Shown: positions 51,001 to 62,957 of the stretch, in pieces | Layout: every line of letters begins with the position of its first letter | How positions within the stretch are numbered: position 1 is the stretch's first letter | Assembly: GCF_006345805.1 (NCBI RefSeq) | Contig: NC_043006.1 | Location: 94,426,001-94,490,000, forward strand | DNA: 64,000 nt | DNA from: Octopus sinensis | Lineage: Eukaryota | Direction: 5' to 3' | Program-made: the position numbers and the translations under genes | Notes under the pieces: model-generated | Seen by the model: the letters and a program-made list of their open reading frames with translations, nothing else | Databases searched by the model: none | Told to the model about the DNA's origin: nothing

Positions 51001-53914
51001 CGTCAACAACAATTGATAGTTTGCTCTCAAGAGAGCAGTAAAAGCGGAAGCGATTAGGTACAGCAAAGCACTAGCCATAGATAGAAACACAGTAGATGGT
51101 GAGCTAGTTAAGAAGCTAGAAGAGGCAATTAGAAGCGGCATCCCATCTGACGTTTTGGCGACGAGATTGGCCTTTGACCAACACTTCAACGCCAAACGCG
51201 AAAAGTGTCTTGTCAGAGCTAGGATGCGTGCTCTAAGGAACGAAGTTGTTGGAGCCGCGACAGAGGCCCGGATGGCGGTGGCGCAACAGGGCAACAAGGC
51301 CACCATTCGGTATCTGGACGCGAATTGCTCGAGCCAAGTAAAATGTGTTGGCCTTTCAACAGCATTTTTCTCGACTGTTCGGGACGAGTGGCGGGCAAGA
51401 ACATGGGGTGGACTTCAGTGCCTACCTACACAGCCTACCACGACTCTCGACAAGAGAGGCAGGGCGCTGCGAAGGTGCCATCACGGCGGCGGAAATGCAG
51501 GATGCGATGGCAGAATGCTCGAAGGACAAATCGACGGGTTTGGATGGTCTACCCTACGAGCTTTACAGTTGTGTGCCAGACTTGTTTGGAGTCGTCTTGG
51601 CAGCGGTGTACTGCAACTGGCAGCAAAACGGATGCATTCCTGGTTTTGTGAGCCGAGGAGCCGTAACACTGCTGAAGAAAGAGCTAAACAAGGGAAATAT
51701 AATAGAAAACTTTAGGCACATCACTCTGCTTAATGCAGACTTGAAAATTTTGGCCAAGGTGTTAGCCAAGCGGTTGGCGCTTGTCATCGAGAAACCGGTC
51801 GACAAGGCGCAAAAGTGCGCCGCGCCGGGCCGGAGCATCCATGACAACCTCCATCTAATGCGCTACATCATAGAAAGGGTAGTTAAGGAACCTGGCAAGG
51901 GTGGGGCACTGATCAAGTTGGATCAATCGAAAGCTTTCGATTGGGTAGACCATCGATACTTGGAGGCAGTCCTCAGAGCGGCTGGTTTTGGTCCCGTCTT
52001 CCGCGGCTTGATAGCCGCTTTGTACAGAGGCATCCGTTCGGTAATTCGCGTAAATGAAGATCTATCGAGACCTTCGACAATGCACATTCGGTCCGTCAGA
52101 AATGCCCTCTCACGTCGCTTCTCTACGTATTGACTCTCGAGTCATTATTACGGAAGCTTGCATCTCTGAGGGGCATCCCGCGAGAACTGGGATGCGGGAC
52201 GAACGTGTCTGCATACGCGGACGACGTCACCGTCATAGTGTCAAGCCACAAGCATATCGAGCAGGTCGGCGAGACACTGAAAGACTACGAAGCGGTGACA
52301 GGAGCGAAAATCAACCGGGAAAAATCAGTGGGCTTGCGACTCGGCACCTGGAGAAGCAAGCCCATGCTGTCCACCAGCGCCTCCGTCGTGGGACGCTGGA
52401 CCGACGGTCTGCTTGAGTTGCTCGGGGTCTGGTTTAATCCGGACCTCCAAATGGAGAAGAACTGGAACATGATAACGAGTAGGGTGGTCACTCTCGCCCG
52501 GCAATGGGCCGAGAGGAAACTGTCCCTAAAAGATCGGGCGGAGGTGGCGAACTCGTACATCGCGTCCGTCATTTACCACGCCTGACCGTCGTGTCTTGTC
52601 CCAACCCTACCGTCACCAAACTAGAACGCATTCTCTTTCGCGTCTTGTGGAAAGCATGCGTCCTGATGGTCAGGCGATCCATTTGCTGTCAACACCCGTT
52701 AAAAGGAGGACTGGGCATACCGTGGTTGATGATGCGCAGACACGCGCTGGGACTGCTAAATCTCAGGCTCTACGTAGACGACGGTGAACAGGTGTGGTCG
52801 CCGTTTGTGAGGCACGCTTTCCCGCAGCTCGTCTCCATGACCGAACTGCAGTCGTGGATCAAAAAGAAGCCGATAAAGGGCGAATGGCACCGCGAGTGTC
52901 GCGTTGCTCTCAAGCAACTATGCCGTCCCGGGTCGACCTTGAGTGACTTCAACACAACCCAAGCATTCTATAGGGGATTAGTGGAGGGGAGGTACAACGA
53001 CGTGCTCGGGGCGAACCTGGACGTCGGCGAGGAATACCTGATCCGTCTGTTCAAGACGGAACCTATGGACAACTTCCAGAGACGCCTGGCCTGGCAGTGC
53101 TACCGAGAAGCGCTAACCGTTCGGGATAAGTTCTACAGACACGGCTCGAGAAACACGGGGCCGACCTGCCCGAGATGCGGTCAGAACGACGAAACCGTTC
53201 TGCACGCACTCGTGCAGTGTCCAACAATTTCCGACCTGTGGGCTTATGTCGAACAACTGCTGTCACGTGTGGGACGAGTCGGTTTATCAGCCGTGTCTAT
53301 CGTCAATATTGTTACGCCTGAAACGAGAAGGAAGAGCTATTTTCATCATCCTTGTGGCTATGGCGAAAGAATGTGTCTGGTGGACGCGTCTGAAAGGATT
53401 GGAGACAGACACTTTCCACTCTGGTCAATCTCTCATCAATTTCTTCAAGTATCACTTGAAAAAGGAAAGTGAGAGTAGAGAGGCAAGTTTTGTCTAGCGA
53501 ATGCTTTAAAAAAAGATGGGCGAATGTAGCAAGGATGGTACGTATGAATGACGAAGCCACCTTGAGCATAATCCTATGAACCCGGAAATTTAAAACAGTG
53601 TGTTACCTACTTGCAAACAAATATGGTAACATGTAACACAATTGACCGAGGTTACCGTGGTTTTTTTCGTAGGCTTTTCTTCCCATGGATAAACCTTATC
53701 TGCTTCCCCCTTTACACCGTACATCATGACACTGTGATACACGATCCCTATTGATCGTTTTTTCTTTTGTTTCTTTTCCTTTTTTTCTTCTTCTTTCCCT
53801 TTTATAATCCCTTTTGATCGAAAACCTACCCCACCTTTTTCCCCCTAAAAAAGAAAAGCTCTACTTTGTTATATGTCCCGTTTGTGTGCAGCCGTGTGTG
53901 GCTAATAACGAAAC
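48054..53914 (+). mobile_element. L1/Tx1-clade LINE, near full length, decayed
   Basis: ORF1 pieces 48265-49740 with zinc knuckle CYLCGSETYLKKKC; ORF2 from ATG 50191 (CVNARGL, ISETRL, VGDRNATLD, YPDRIL, TDHK); RT (GLDGLP, ITLLNADLKILAK, DQSKAFD, YADDVT); C-terminal CPRC...HALVQC; flanked by (TATC)n. Confidence 0.9.
51345..52585 (+). pseudogene. Tx1/L1 ORF2 reverse transcriptase region (frameshifted)
   Basis: ORFs 51345-52133 and 52130-52585 carry consecutive RT motifs. Confidence 0.9.
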
Positions 53915-54720
53915 ATATCTATCTATCTCTCTGACTGTCTGTCTATCTATCTATCTACCTGTGTTAAGTTTATGGGTATATATATATGTATATATATATA
54001 TATAGATACATATATATATAGATACATATATAAATTTAAGTTCAGATAGGAGACTTTACAATGTAGTATCCAAATCTTTGCTGCACTGGTTGAGAAAGCG
54101 AGCGGTTGAGACAGGTTGAGAAAAATTGAAAAAGCGATGGACAAAATGTAATCGTAGAAGGAAATATGCAGCAGAAATTGTGCAAAGTGAATTGTAACTG
54201 AAGAATGGTGAAAGGAAAAGAATTAGTCAGACGTTTCGGGCGAAACGTTTACCGAAGTAGAATAAGAAGCAAGATAAAAGAAACAAGAAACGCAACGACA
54301 CCCGATTGAAGCACGTGTGTCTTTTGGCTACATGCTCTAGAAAGTATGCGCATGCGTTTAGTTCTTCGCTTCATAGTTACTTGTATTGCAAATATTTTAA
54401 TGTATTTATGTATAGTTGTCTACTGTATCTTGTGGTGGATCTTCGTCGTTTGACAATGAGGATTAATTTCAACAGTCACTTGAATTAACGTGTAAGTAAC
54501 TTAGCAAAGCACAGTCACGTGTCTAAAGTAGTTCTTGGGAAGAAACAGATGAAAAGCAACCATGTCTTTGCTTATCTTTTATCTTTTTATCTTCGTTCAG
54601 TCATTAGACTGCAGCCATGCAGGGCAACACCTCGTAAATGTTTTAGTCGAACAGAACGACCCCAGGGCTTGGCTTTTATAGTGTGATACTTCTTGGTCTC
54701 TGTTTCCGAATCACGAATTT

Positions 54721-54970
54721 CTAACATACAATCCACACCGCACACTCTTCATTCATCACACCAGGAACAATAATTTTGTTTTGTCAGTCAATTTTTTCGG
54801 AGATGTTTATATTTATGACAGTTTGAATTTACCAGTTTCGCAGGAACTAATGGCAGAAATAACAACGTTGTACTCACCACAAACAAACATTATTCCTACA
54901 ATTCAACAAGTTCATATAATTAATCCCAATCCCCAAGCTGGCGCATATGATTGTGGCCGTTTTGCCTGGA
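54721..54970 (+). pseudogene. Ulp1/C48-like cysteine protease remnant (probably transposon-borne)
   Basis: FIHHTRNNNFVLS..VYIYDSL..QQV..PQAGAYDCGRFA has the spacing of the H-D-Q-C motifs (HW..YDSL..Q..DCG.FA); the catalytic His position reads Asn. Confidence 0.6.
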
Positions 54971-55030
54971 GGCAGAATAGTGACAGAGTTATTTTGCAAG
55001 CCCACATCATCCCACATTTATCTCCACCGC

Positions 55031-55383
55031 CGCTCCATCGGTTACGTCGTGAAGCTCTGTCGGTTACGACGACGAGGGTTCCAGTTGATCCGATCAACAG
55101 AACAGCCTGCTCGTGAAGTCAACGTGCAAGTGGCTGAGCACATCACGAACAAGTGTACCCATAACATAGTTCTCGGAGAGATTCAGCGTATCAAAGGCTG
55201 GCCCTTTGAAATACAGAAAAATAGGAAGAATGAGTGAGAGAAAGTTGTGGTGAAATAGGATAGCAGGGTTCGCCACCACTTCCTGCCGGAGTCTTGTGGA
55301 GCTTTAGGTATTTTCGCTCAATGCACACCACGCTCGGCCTGTGAATCGAAACCGCGATCCTACGACCACGAGTCCGCTGCACT
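55031..55383 (-). mobile_element. SINE family 3 copy
   Basis: Reverse complement of the 29150-29475 family. Confidence 0.8.
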
Positions 55384-56161
55384 CCACAAGAAAATATTAA
55401 CAACTATAAAAACAAAACCAATTATTTTTGACTTACATCAACACAAAAACACTTTTCTTATATACTAAATAGCTTCATATCTGATTAGACATTATTATTA
55501 TTATCTATTATATATAAGAATATCATATAAGCATTTCCGTTTTACATCTTTACTCATGTTGTATATATTTCGTTAAGTTCTTATAAATACATCAAGCTGT
55601 GGTTAAAAAATTAAGTACGACATATAACACCTATTTTGTCTATGAATTATTGACCTATTATTTATAAAAAATACTAAAATAAAAATGCTTATTTCCCACA
55701 TCCTAGTACCAACTATCTATTTACTAAAAATCTTAAGGGGAAAGGAGAGATAATGGTTAATGAATATTAAAATATGAATTTTAAAATAACATCTAGCTCC
55801 TTGTTTGGTAATTCTGAACATACAAATACAGCTTGACCGGTAAAAAAAATTTTAAGGGTGTTTAATTCAAGATACCTTTAAAAGTCACACCTCATATAAA
55901 GACAGATTAGTTATTAATTATGAGTCTTTACGAAGTTTAGTAATCTGCAAAATACTTACACTGTGATCGTCTAAAAGCGAGGGTTTATGTTTTCATTCGT
56001 TAATACTCAGATAAACCTTAGGTCAGATACTCATTCTGGTGATGTAAAGAAATATAAGCGTTTCTAGCAACCGATTGCGACTAACATGGAAGCGAACGAT
56101 TTGTCGGGTTACCCTGATTTTTAACTATAAACATACGCCACACACACACACATACGTATAA

Positions 56162-56220
<59 letters not shown>

Positions 56221-56224
<4 letters not shown>

Positions 56225-56342
56225 GAGAGAGAGAGAGAATGTGTGTTTGTATGTATATATGTGTGTGTATATATATTAACTAGTATATATATGTATATAC
56301 ATATATATGTATATACAAATATATGTACATATATATGTTCTT

Positions 56343-56404
<62 letters not shown>

Positions 56405-56549
56405 GAGAGAGAGAGAGAATGTGTGTTTGTATGTATATATGTGTGTGTATATATATTAACTAGTATATATATGTATATACATATATATGTATATACATAT
56501 ATATGTATATACAAATATATGTACATATATATGTTCTTTCTCTCTCTCA

Positions 56550-56599
<50 letters not shown>

Positions 56600-56600
56600 C
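56221..56600. repeat. Tandem duplication of an approximately 180-bp compound microsatellite
   Basis: ttgggagagagagagagaatgtgtgtttgtatg at 56221 and 56401. Confidence 0.85.
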
Positions 56601-57431
56601 TTACACACACACGCATAGACACATATATACATTCACATATACATACATTGAATTCACAGGTGACACTGTTTATTCAATTAACCTTTCTCTGCCTCCAAAT
56701 TCCCAGCATTCAACAGATGTTGAATATTGGAGTATCAATTACAATATGGCGACAAAGCATGTTTGATGGTATTACGTTAGGAATGAATTTATGTCCCATA
56801 TATCCAGCCTCCTGTTAGAGAAAGTCTGAAATTGGTAATGCATCATTTGAAGTTAAACCCACATGAAATGTTATGTTTTGATGGATTAATAACCACCTCT
56901 CTCACCTCTCTTCCACTCTTCACATATCTCGTATTCACTGCGATTATCTCTGATTACCTCTTTATCCACTTCCGATTCATACCAAGTAACCGATCCATTT
57001 CTTTTTCATTTCCTCTAGTTATGACTCGAGTGGCCATAATCCGATACTTCAGCGTTTTTCTTTCAGCTCCTTATGGCATCTAAAATCATTAACATCTAAC
57101 AAACTCTCCTGGATTTACAATTAAATATATTGGGTCATGGGCGTTTATATAAAAATGGACTTAGAAAAATAAATGGATGTCATGCGTCAACATGATTCCA
57201 CTTGTCCTTCTTTATTCTAAGAGAGCAAGCAATAAATTGCGTGAAATTTAGGTTCGATTCTTAACAGGTCAAACGACAACGCAGAGGTCTCTTCGTTTGT
57301 TCAAAATGTTTTGTTGTTTTGGGAATGTTTCAGTAACAGAGATCCCCCTTTTTTATGGACAAGCTACTCTCGTAGCGATTAAAGTATATTCTTGAAGCAT
57401 CAAGTAAAAGTGTTATTTCTGATATATTTGT

Positions 57432-57650
57432 AAGGCTGCAAGCTGGCAAAATCGTTAGCATGCCGGGTGAAATGCTTAGCGGTATTTCGTCTGTCTTTAC
57501 GTTCAGAGTTCAAAATGCACCGAGGTCAACTTTGCTTTTCATCCTTTCAGGGTCGATAAATTAAGCACCAGTTTTGGACTGGGGTCGATCTAATCGACTG
57601 GCCCCGCTGTCCCAAATGTTCGGACCTTGTGCCTCGAGAAGAAAAGAATT
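57432..57650 (+). mobile_element. SINE family 2 copy
   Basis: agctggcaaaatcgttagcatgccgggtgaaatgcttagc...gagttcaaaat. Confidence 0.8.
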
Positions 57651-57691
57651 CTGATATATTTGTTTCTACGTATCTATACATACACATAAAT

Positions 57692-57789
<98 letters not shown>

Positions 57790-57848
57790 ATATATATAAT
57801 ATATATATATATAATATATATATATACATGCACATATATATATAATAT

Positions 57849-57918
<70 letters not shown>

Positions 57919-58410
57919 TGTAAACAAACGTGAAAGTCATTGCAAGTTACGGAGAAAAAGCTACTATGGGTGACTCATAATATAATAATATATAATATTA
58001 TTTCATTCTCCGATTTGAAGCAAGAATTTTTTAATACAAACAAATTACTGAAAAATGATGAGCTAGCCCCAGCCAGAATCGAACCCACAAATCAACGCCT
58101 ACACGGCTCCCTGCACATCCGATTGGCCGAACACTCACCGATCAATTTCACTCAAAGTTCGTTAATATATACTTAAACTGTCTAATACTACATATAATAT
58201 TTATTAAGAAAAGCGAATGGCTTCGGATTTGAAGCGACAATTTTTAAATACAAATAAATGACCGAGAAATGATGAGCTGTCATCATACACTTATTATTAT
58301 ATATATTGTTTACACACTTTTATAAATTAATCTAAGTATACGATCAAAATGTTGACAAGCCGTTGCATATTTAATTAACGTTCTTATAAGAAAAGAATAA
58401 TTAAATAATC

Positions 58411-58478
58411 ATCCGATATGGCCGACCGGAAATGAATACTTCATGTAAAATATAGGTTTCCGGTTGGCCATGTCTGAT
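58411..58478. other. Pre-miRNA-sized hairpin
   Basis: 22-nt arms pair at 21 of 22 positions (including 2 G-U) around a 24-nt loop. Confidence 0.5.
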
Positions 58479-58670
58479 TAATAATTAATCAGACTTTATA
58501 CGGACGCATAAATTCCACATGAAACTGTCTGGTAAAAATTTAGGACGAATGGGGAATTTAATTGATAAAATGTCTTCTCTCTTATCTTACACTAATTGTT
58601 CTATTGTTTCTGCCATAGGAAAGCGCTTAAGATAGCAATATATGGTATGATATAATATGATATATCGTGG

Positions 58671-59005
58671 CACTCCGTCGGTTACGACGATGAGGATTCC
58701 AGTTGATCCGATCAACGGAACAGCCTTCTCGTGAAATTAACGTGCAAGTGGCTGAGCACTCCACAGACACGTGTACCCTTAACGTAGTTCTCGGGGGAAG
58801 ATTTAGCGTGACAAAGTCGGCTCTTTGAAATACAGGTACAACAGAAACAGGAAGAAATAGTGAGTACAACAGGGTTCGCCACCACCCCCTGCCGGAGTCT
58901 CATGGAGTTTTAAGTGCTTTCGCTCAATAAACACTCACAACGGGTCTGGGAATCGAAACCGCGATCATATGACCGCGAGTCCGCTGCCCTAACTACTGTG
59001 CCACA
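58671..59005 (-). mobile_element. SINE family 3 copy
   Basis: cactccgtcggttacgacga tail and tRNA-like head. Confidence 0.8.
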
Positions 59006-60889
59006 TATGACTACTGGGCCACATACAATAGAATACATATAATATTAAGCATGGTTTTGTATGTACACACACGCGCACACACACATACACACACACATAC
59101 ACACACACAAATACTTTTATTATTTTTCACCCTCAGCTCGGCCCTAATCAAATATATTTATGGCCGGAGATGCTTCGATTTTGTTCATTTCTATTTTTAT
59201 ATTTGTCCAGGACTATATTACTCAATGTCATACCGTTCTGATGATGGTATAGTGTGAACTGCAGATATCTAAAATAGGGTTGCGAAGAGTTACATACTCA
59301 AACCTAAACAATTCAATAGGCTAAATTCTGTTCAAAGACATTAAAATCATTCTCAAATGCTTTTAGCAAATTTCATTGTTCCCTCCGATAAATGTATTCT
59401 GATTTAAAGCTCTAATTTCCTACGTTCCCTGAATTTCTTTCGTTTTTATGTAGACATAGACCTGCGTATATTCAGGCTGAACTTTGGCCCCATTAGAAAA
59501 GGTGTAGGTATGTTTGTGCCCCTGTTACTTAGCATTTCGGGAAAAGAGACCGATCGAGTAAGAAACAGGCTGGAAATTTCGGGTGTTTTTTTCTGTTTAT
59601 TTATTTATTATTATTTTTTTGGAAAAATATTTGGCCACTATTTCTGTGAGGTCGATCGACCACTGACCAGTATATTCCATATTTAAACTGATAAGACATT
59701 GTCGTTTGGTTTGACCGGAGATTTGGCTGCTATCTCGAGCTGGACCATCTACCGCATATAAGTTCCCGGATTGAGCCTTTCTGTTCTTTCGTGATAATTT
59801 ACAACTTTCTGTCAACGAAACAACTTTATTTACTTTGTAAATATATATTTTGGAAGCATTCTTTTGAAAACTTATTCTACGACTTGTGCGTATCCTTTGG
59901 AATTTCCTGATTTATTCAAGACATTTTGGTAAGGATCAATTTATGTCATAAATAAAGTCAGAATATGACAATTCGTGCAGCTGTCTTTTTTTACTCGGTT
60001 TTATTTGATTTTTCACAATCATTTCTTTTTAACAGTAAAACTTTCTCCCGATCTTCATCTTCATGGTCTTACGTAAAATTTCAATTCCTTCGTTGATGCC
60101 AAGATAACTAACCATACACCACAATTTCGTTTACTTTCTTCTTCGATTTATTTATTTATTTATCTGAGCAGTTAGTTTTCTTAAGATACACAAATCTCGT
60201 GGGTCTCCTTTATGAGGTCTGCGATGGGAGAATTTCACTTGTTTGATTTTATTAGTGACGCAGCTTCTTAAATATTTAGCCTAATGCTTGAAATACTATT
60301 GCCATGCTTCCTATTTCCTTTCTTCGCATTCTTTTGAGTTCTAATCCAATTCTTCAATGCATGACATTTTATAGAATACTTATTCGGCGAAAATATGCAA
60401 ACATCAGTTTAACTATAAGCTATCAGAAGAGAATAAAACCCAAGGCCGGACAGATTAGAGAGGAAAAGTCAGTTTACTAGTTTATATTGTTAGTCGCAAT
60501 ATCCTTTATCTTTTACTTGTCTCGGCCATTGGAGTGCGACCATGCTGGGGCACTGCCTTGAAAAGTTTAGTCCAGCAAATCGTTCTTAGTACTTATTTTA
60601 AAGTTAAACACTTATTCTAGCTGTCTCTTTTGCCGAATCGCTAAGTTACGAAGATGTAAAAAGACAACACTGGTTGGGAGGACAAACATACACAGATATA
60701 CACACACAGATATATACGCGCGCGCATGATAGCTTGGACACATGCGCGCGCGCGCACACACACACATGACATGTTGGACAGCTTCTGTTTACGAAGTTCA
60801 TTCGTAAGGCATTTATAAACCCGGAGCTATAGTAGAAAACACTTGCTCCAGGTACCGCAAAATTCTGCCGTAACGTTAGAAATAAATAA

Positions 60890-61086
60890 CATTATTTACA
60901 TTTGACGGATACTTGCCCTCATCTTGTTTGGTGTTAACACAACGTTTCGGCTGATATACCCTTCAGTCTTCATCAGGTGTCTTGCGGAACTTTCGAACCT
61001 GGGTTCTCATTCCTAAGGTATTTTTCGATGTTATTATTATTCAGGCCCCTGCCTGGAATCGAACTCGGAATCTTAGGGTTAGTGCA
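60890..61086 (-). mobile_element. Family C tRNA-headed hammerhead element, second copy (hammerhead 60936-60981), with inverted tail at 61159-61235
   Basis: B box GAGTTCGATTCC; GACAC-CUGAUGA-A-GACUG..CAGCC-GAAAC-GUU-GUGUU. Confidence 0.7.
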
Positions 61087-62828
61087 TTTTAGGGCTTATA
61101 AATCTAATATTTTCCTATCCTTCCTTATGACCGGTTCCCACAAACTACTCATATCTGCAACAACAAACAAGATGAGGACAAATATCCGTCAAATGTAAAT
61201 ATTGTAAATAATTCCTCATCTCTTAAATATAGACCAGAAATAAATAAATTAGATATTTTTTAGTTGGATTCTTTGTTTCATCGACGCCCCACCGCACGGA
61301 GAGCTTTAAAAGATTGCTTTGTTGCAAAAACAGACTGCGATATGTCCTACATCAGCTCTTTACTTCCCGAGTTCTTTCCTTCAATCAGCTTTTATGGCGA
61401 AAAGGAGAAACAATGCGGAAGTTGAGGACCGAGGTAATTTCAGCAATCACTGACGCAAAAATGAATTTGTAAGTCAATGATTCATATTTAGTCGTTTTCC
61501 TTCTCAATGCGCATCGGATGACAGAATCCTAATTTAGGACCGAAGTGACAAGGTTTGACTGAAGAATATATCACAACGTTTGACGTTCCGGATGAGCGAT
61601 TTATTCCTGATTCTGTAGTTGAGAAAGGATCACACAGCTGACGTCGACCCAATCTATATTGCAAATATTCAGTTTTAACAGAGACATACATCAGATACTT
61701 GCGGGAGAAAGCAGTCTATTATATTAACGCCAGCATTTCGTTCGTCATTACGTTCGGCCGAGGTCAACTTTACCATTCCTCATTTCGTGTGTCAGATGAA
61801 TTTTGGAGTCGTTGTAATCGACTTACCCACATCCTCGAAATTGCTGGCCTTGTGCCAAAATTTGAAACCATTATTATTAAGGTGGAGACCTGGCAGAATC
61901 GTTAGCAACTCGGACCAAATACTTAACAGCATATTGTCCGACTCTTTACCTTCAGGATATCAAATCCACTCACAACGGTTTAATCGACCCGGAGCTTTAT
62001 CGGAAGGTATTTCACCAAGGTGCCACGCAGTTGGACTGAACCCGGGACCATGTGGTTGGGAAGTAGATTTCTCAACACACTGCCGAGTATACACATGTAT
62101 GTACATTATATTAATACATCGGTGTGTTTACTTACTTTTATAAAACACACGTTCACTCGCTCATTCATTTCCATGTATATGTGAATATACATATATATGC
62201 AAATGAATGTATATATTTTATAAATACATATGCAGCAATGTAATCGTGTGTGTGTGTGTGTCTGCAGCTGAACTCATAACACAAATTCAGAAAACATAAA
62301 AGCTGCTTGTAGACAAGTATTTATGAAAATAGCAATAAACAATCTGACTGCTGGCTGGTCAGGTGACACGGGATAATCCAATCAAGTAACACAGATTCAG
62401 GAATCATAATAATAAGTCTGTATCTGCTTGATTGGTATCTGACTTTATTCTATGTACTCTAAGTTTTAAGCGCTCTCTCCTTCTTTCTATCAGCTTCTCT
62501 GTCCTCCTCTCCCTTTCCCCTCACTCTCTCTCCTCTTCCCTCCTCTCTTTTTCCTTCACTCTCTTTTTCTCTACTCTTCTTTATTTTCCTCCTCTTTCCC
62601 ATTAATTTCTAGATGCTGCCATTTTCTGATGACCCACCTCAACCCTTTTAAATGGTTTCTTTCGTTTATATCGAATCCGGATTCATACTTTACAGTGATA
62701 AATATTTATTTTGACTCGGAGGATGTTGAAACGCGAAGCCAAATAAGCTTTAAGAGAGGATGCGTACATGGACCGAAATATCAGAAAGAATATTGTTCGA
62801 CGCACAGAATTGTTGCCATAATGCATTC

Positions 62829-62907
<79 letters not shown>

Positions 62908-62957
62908 ATATATATATATATATATGTATGTATATATATAAATATGTACACATATAT

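Noticed and set aside
54225-54260. gacgtttcgggcgaaacgtt palindrome resembling Penelope ends
   Set aside because: No catalytic core; too short to classify.
56650-56818. cag|GTGACACT... open frames after a microsatellite
   Set aside because: Two frames are open by chance; no recognisable domain.
57990-58290. tRNA B-box-like sequence and a partial direct repeat
   Set aside because: No A box or cloverleaf; insufficient evidence.
61380-61650. Protein-like peptide TEEYITTFDVPDERFIPDSVVEK and nearby splice-like sites
   Set aside because: In-frame stop immediately upstream; no coherent exon.
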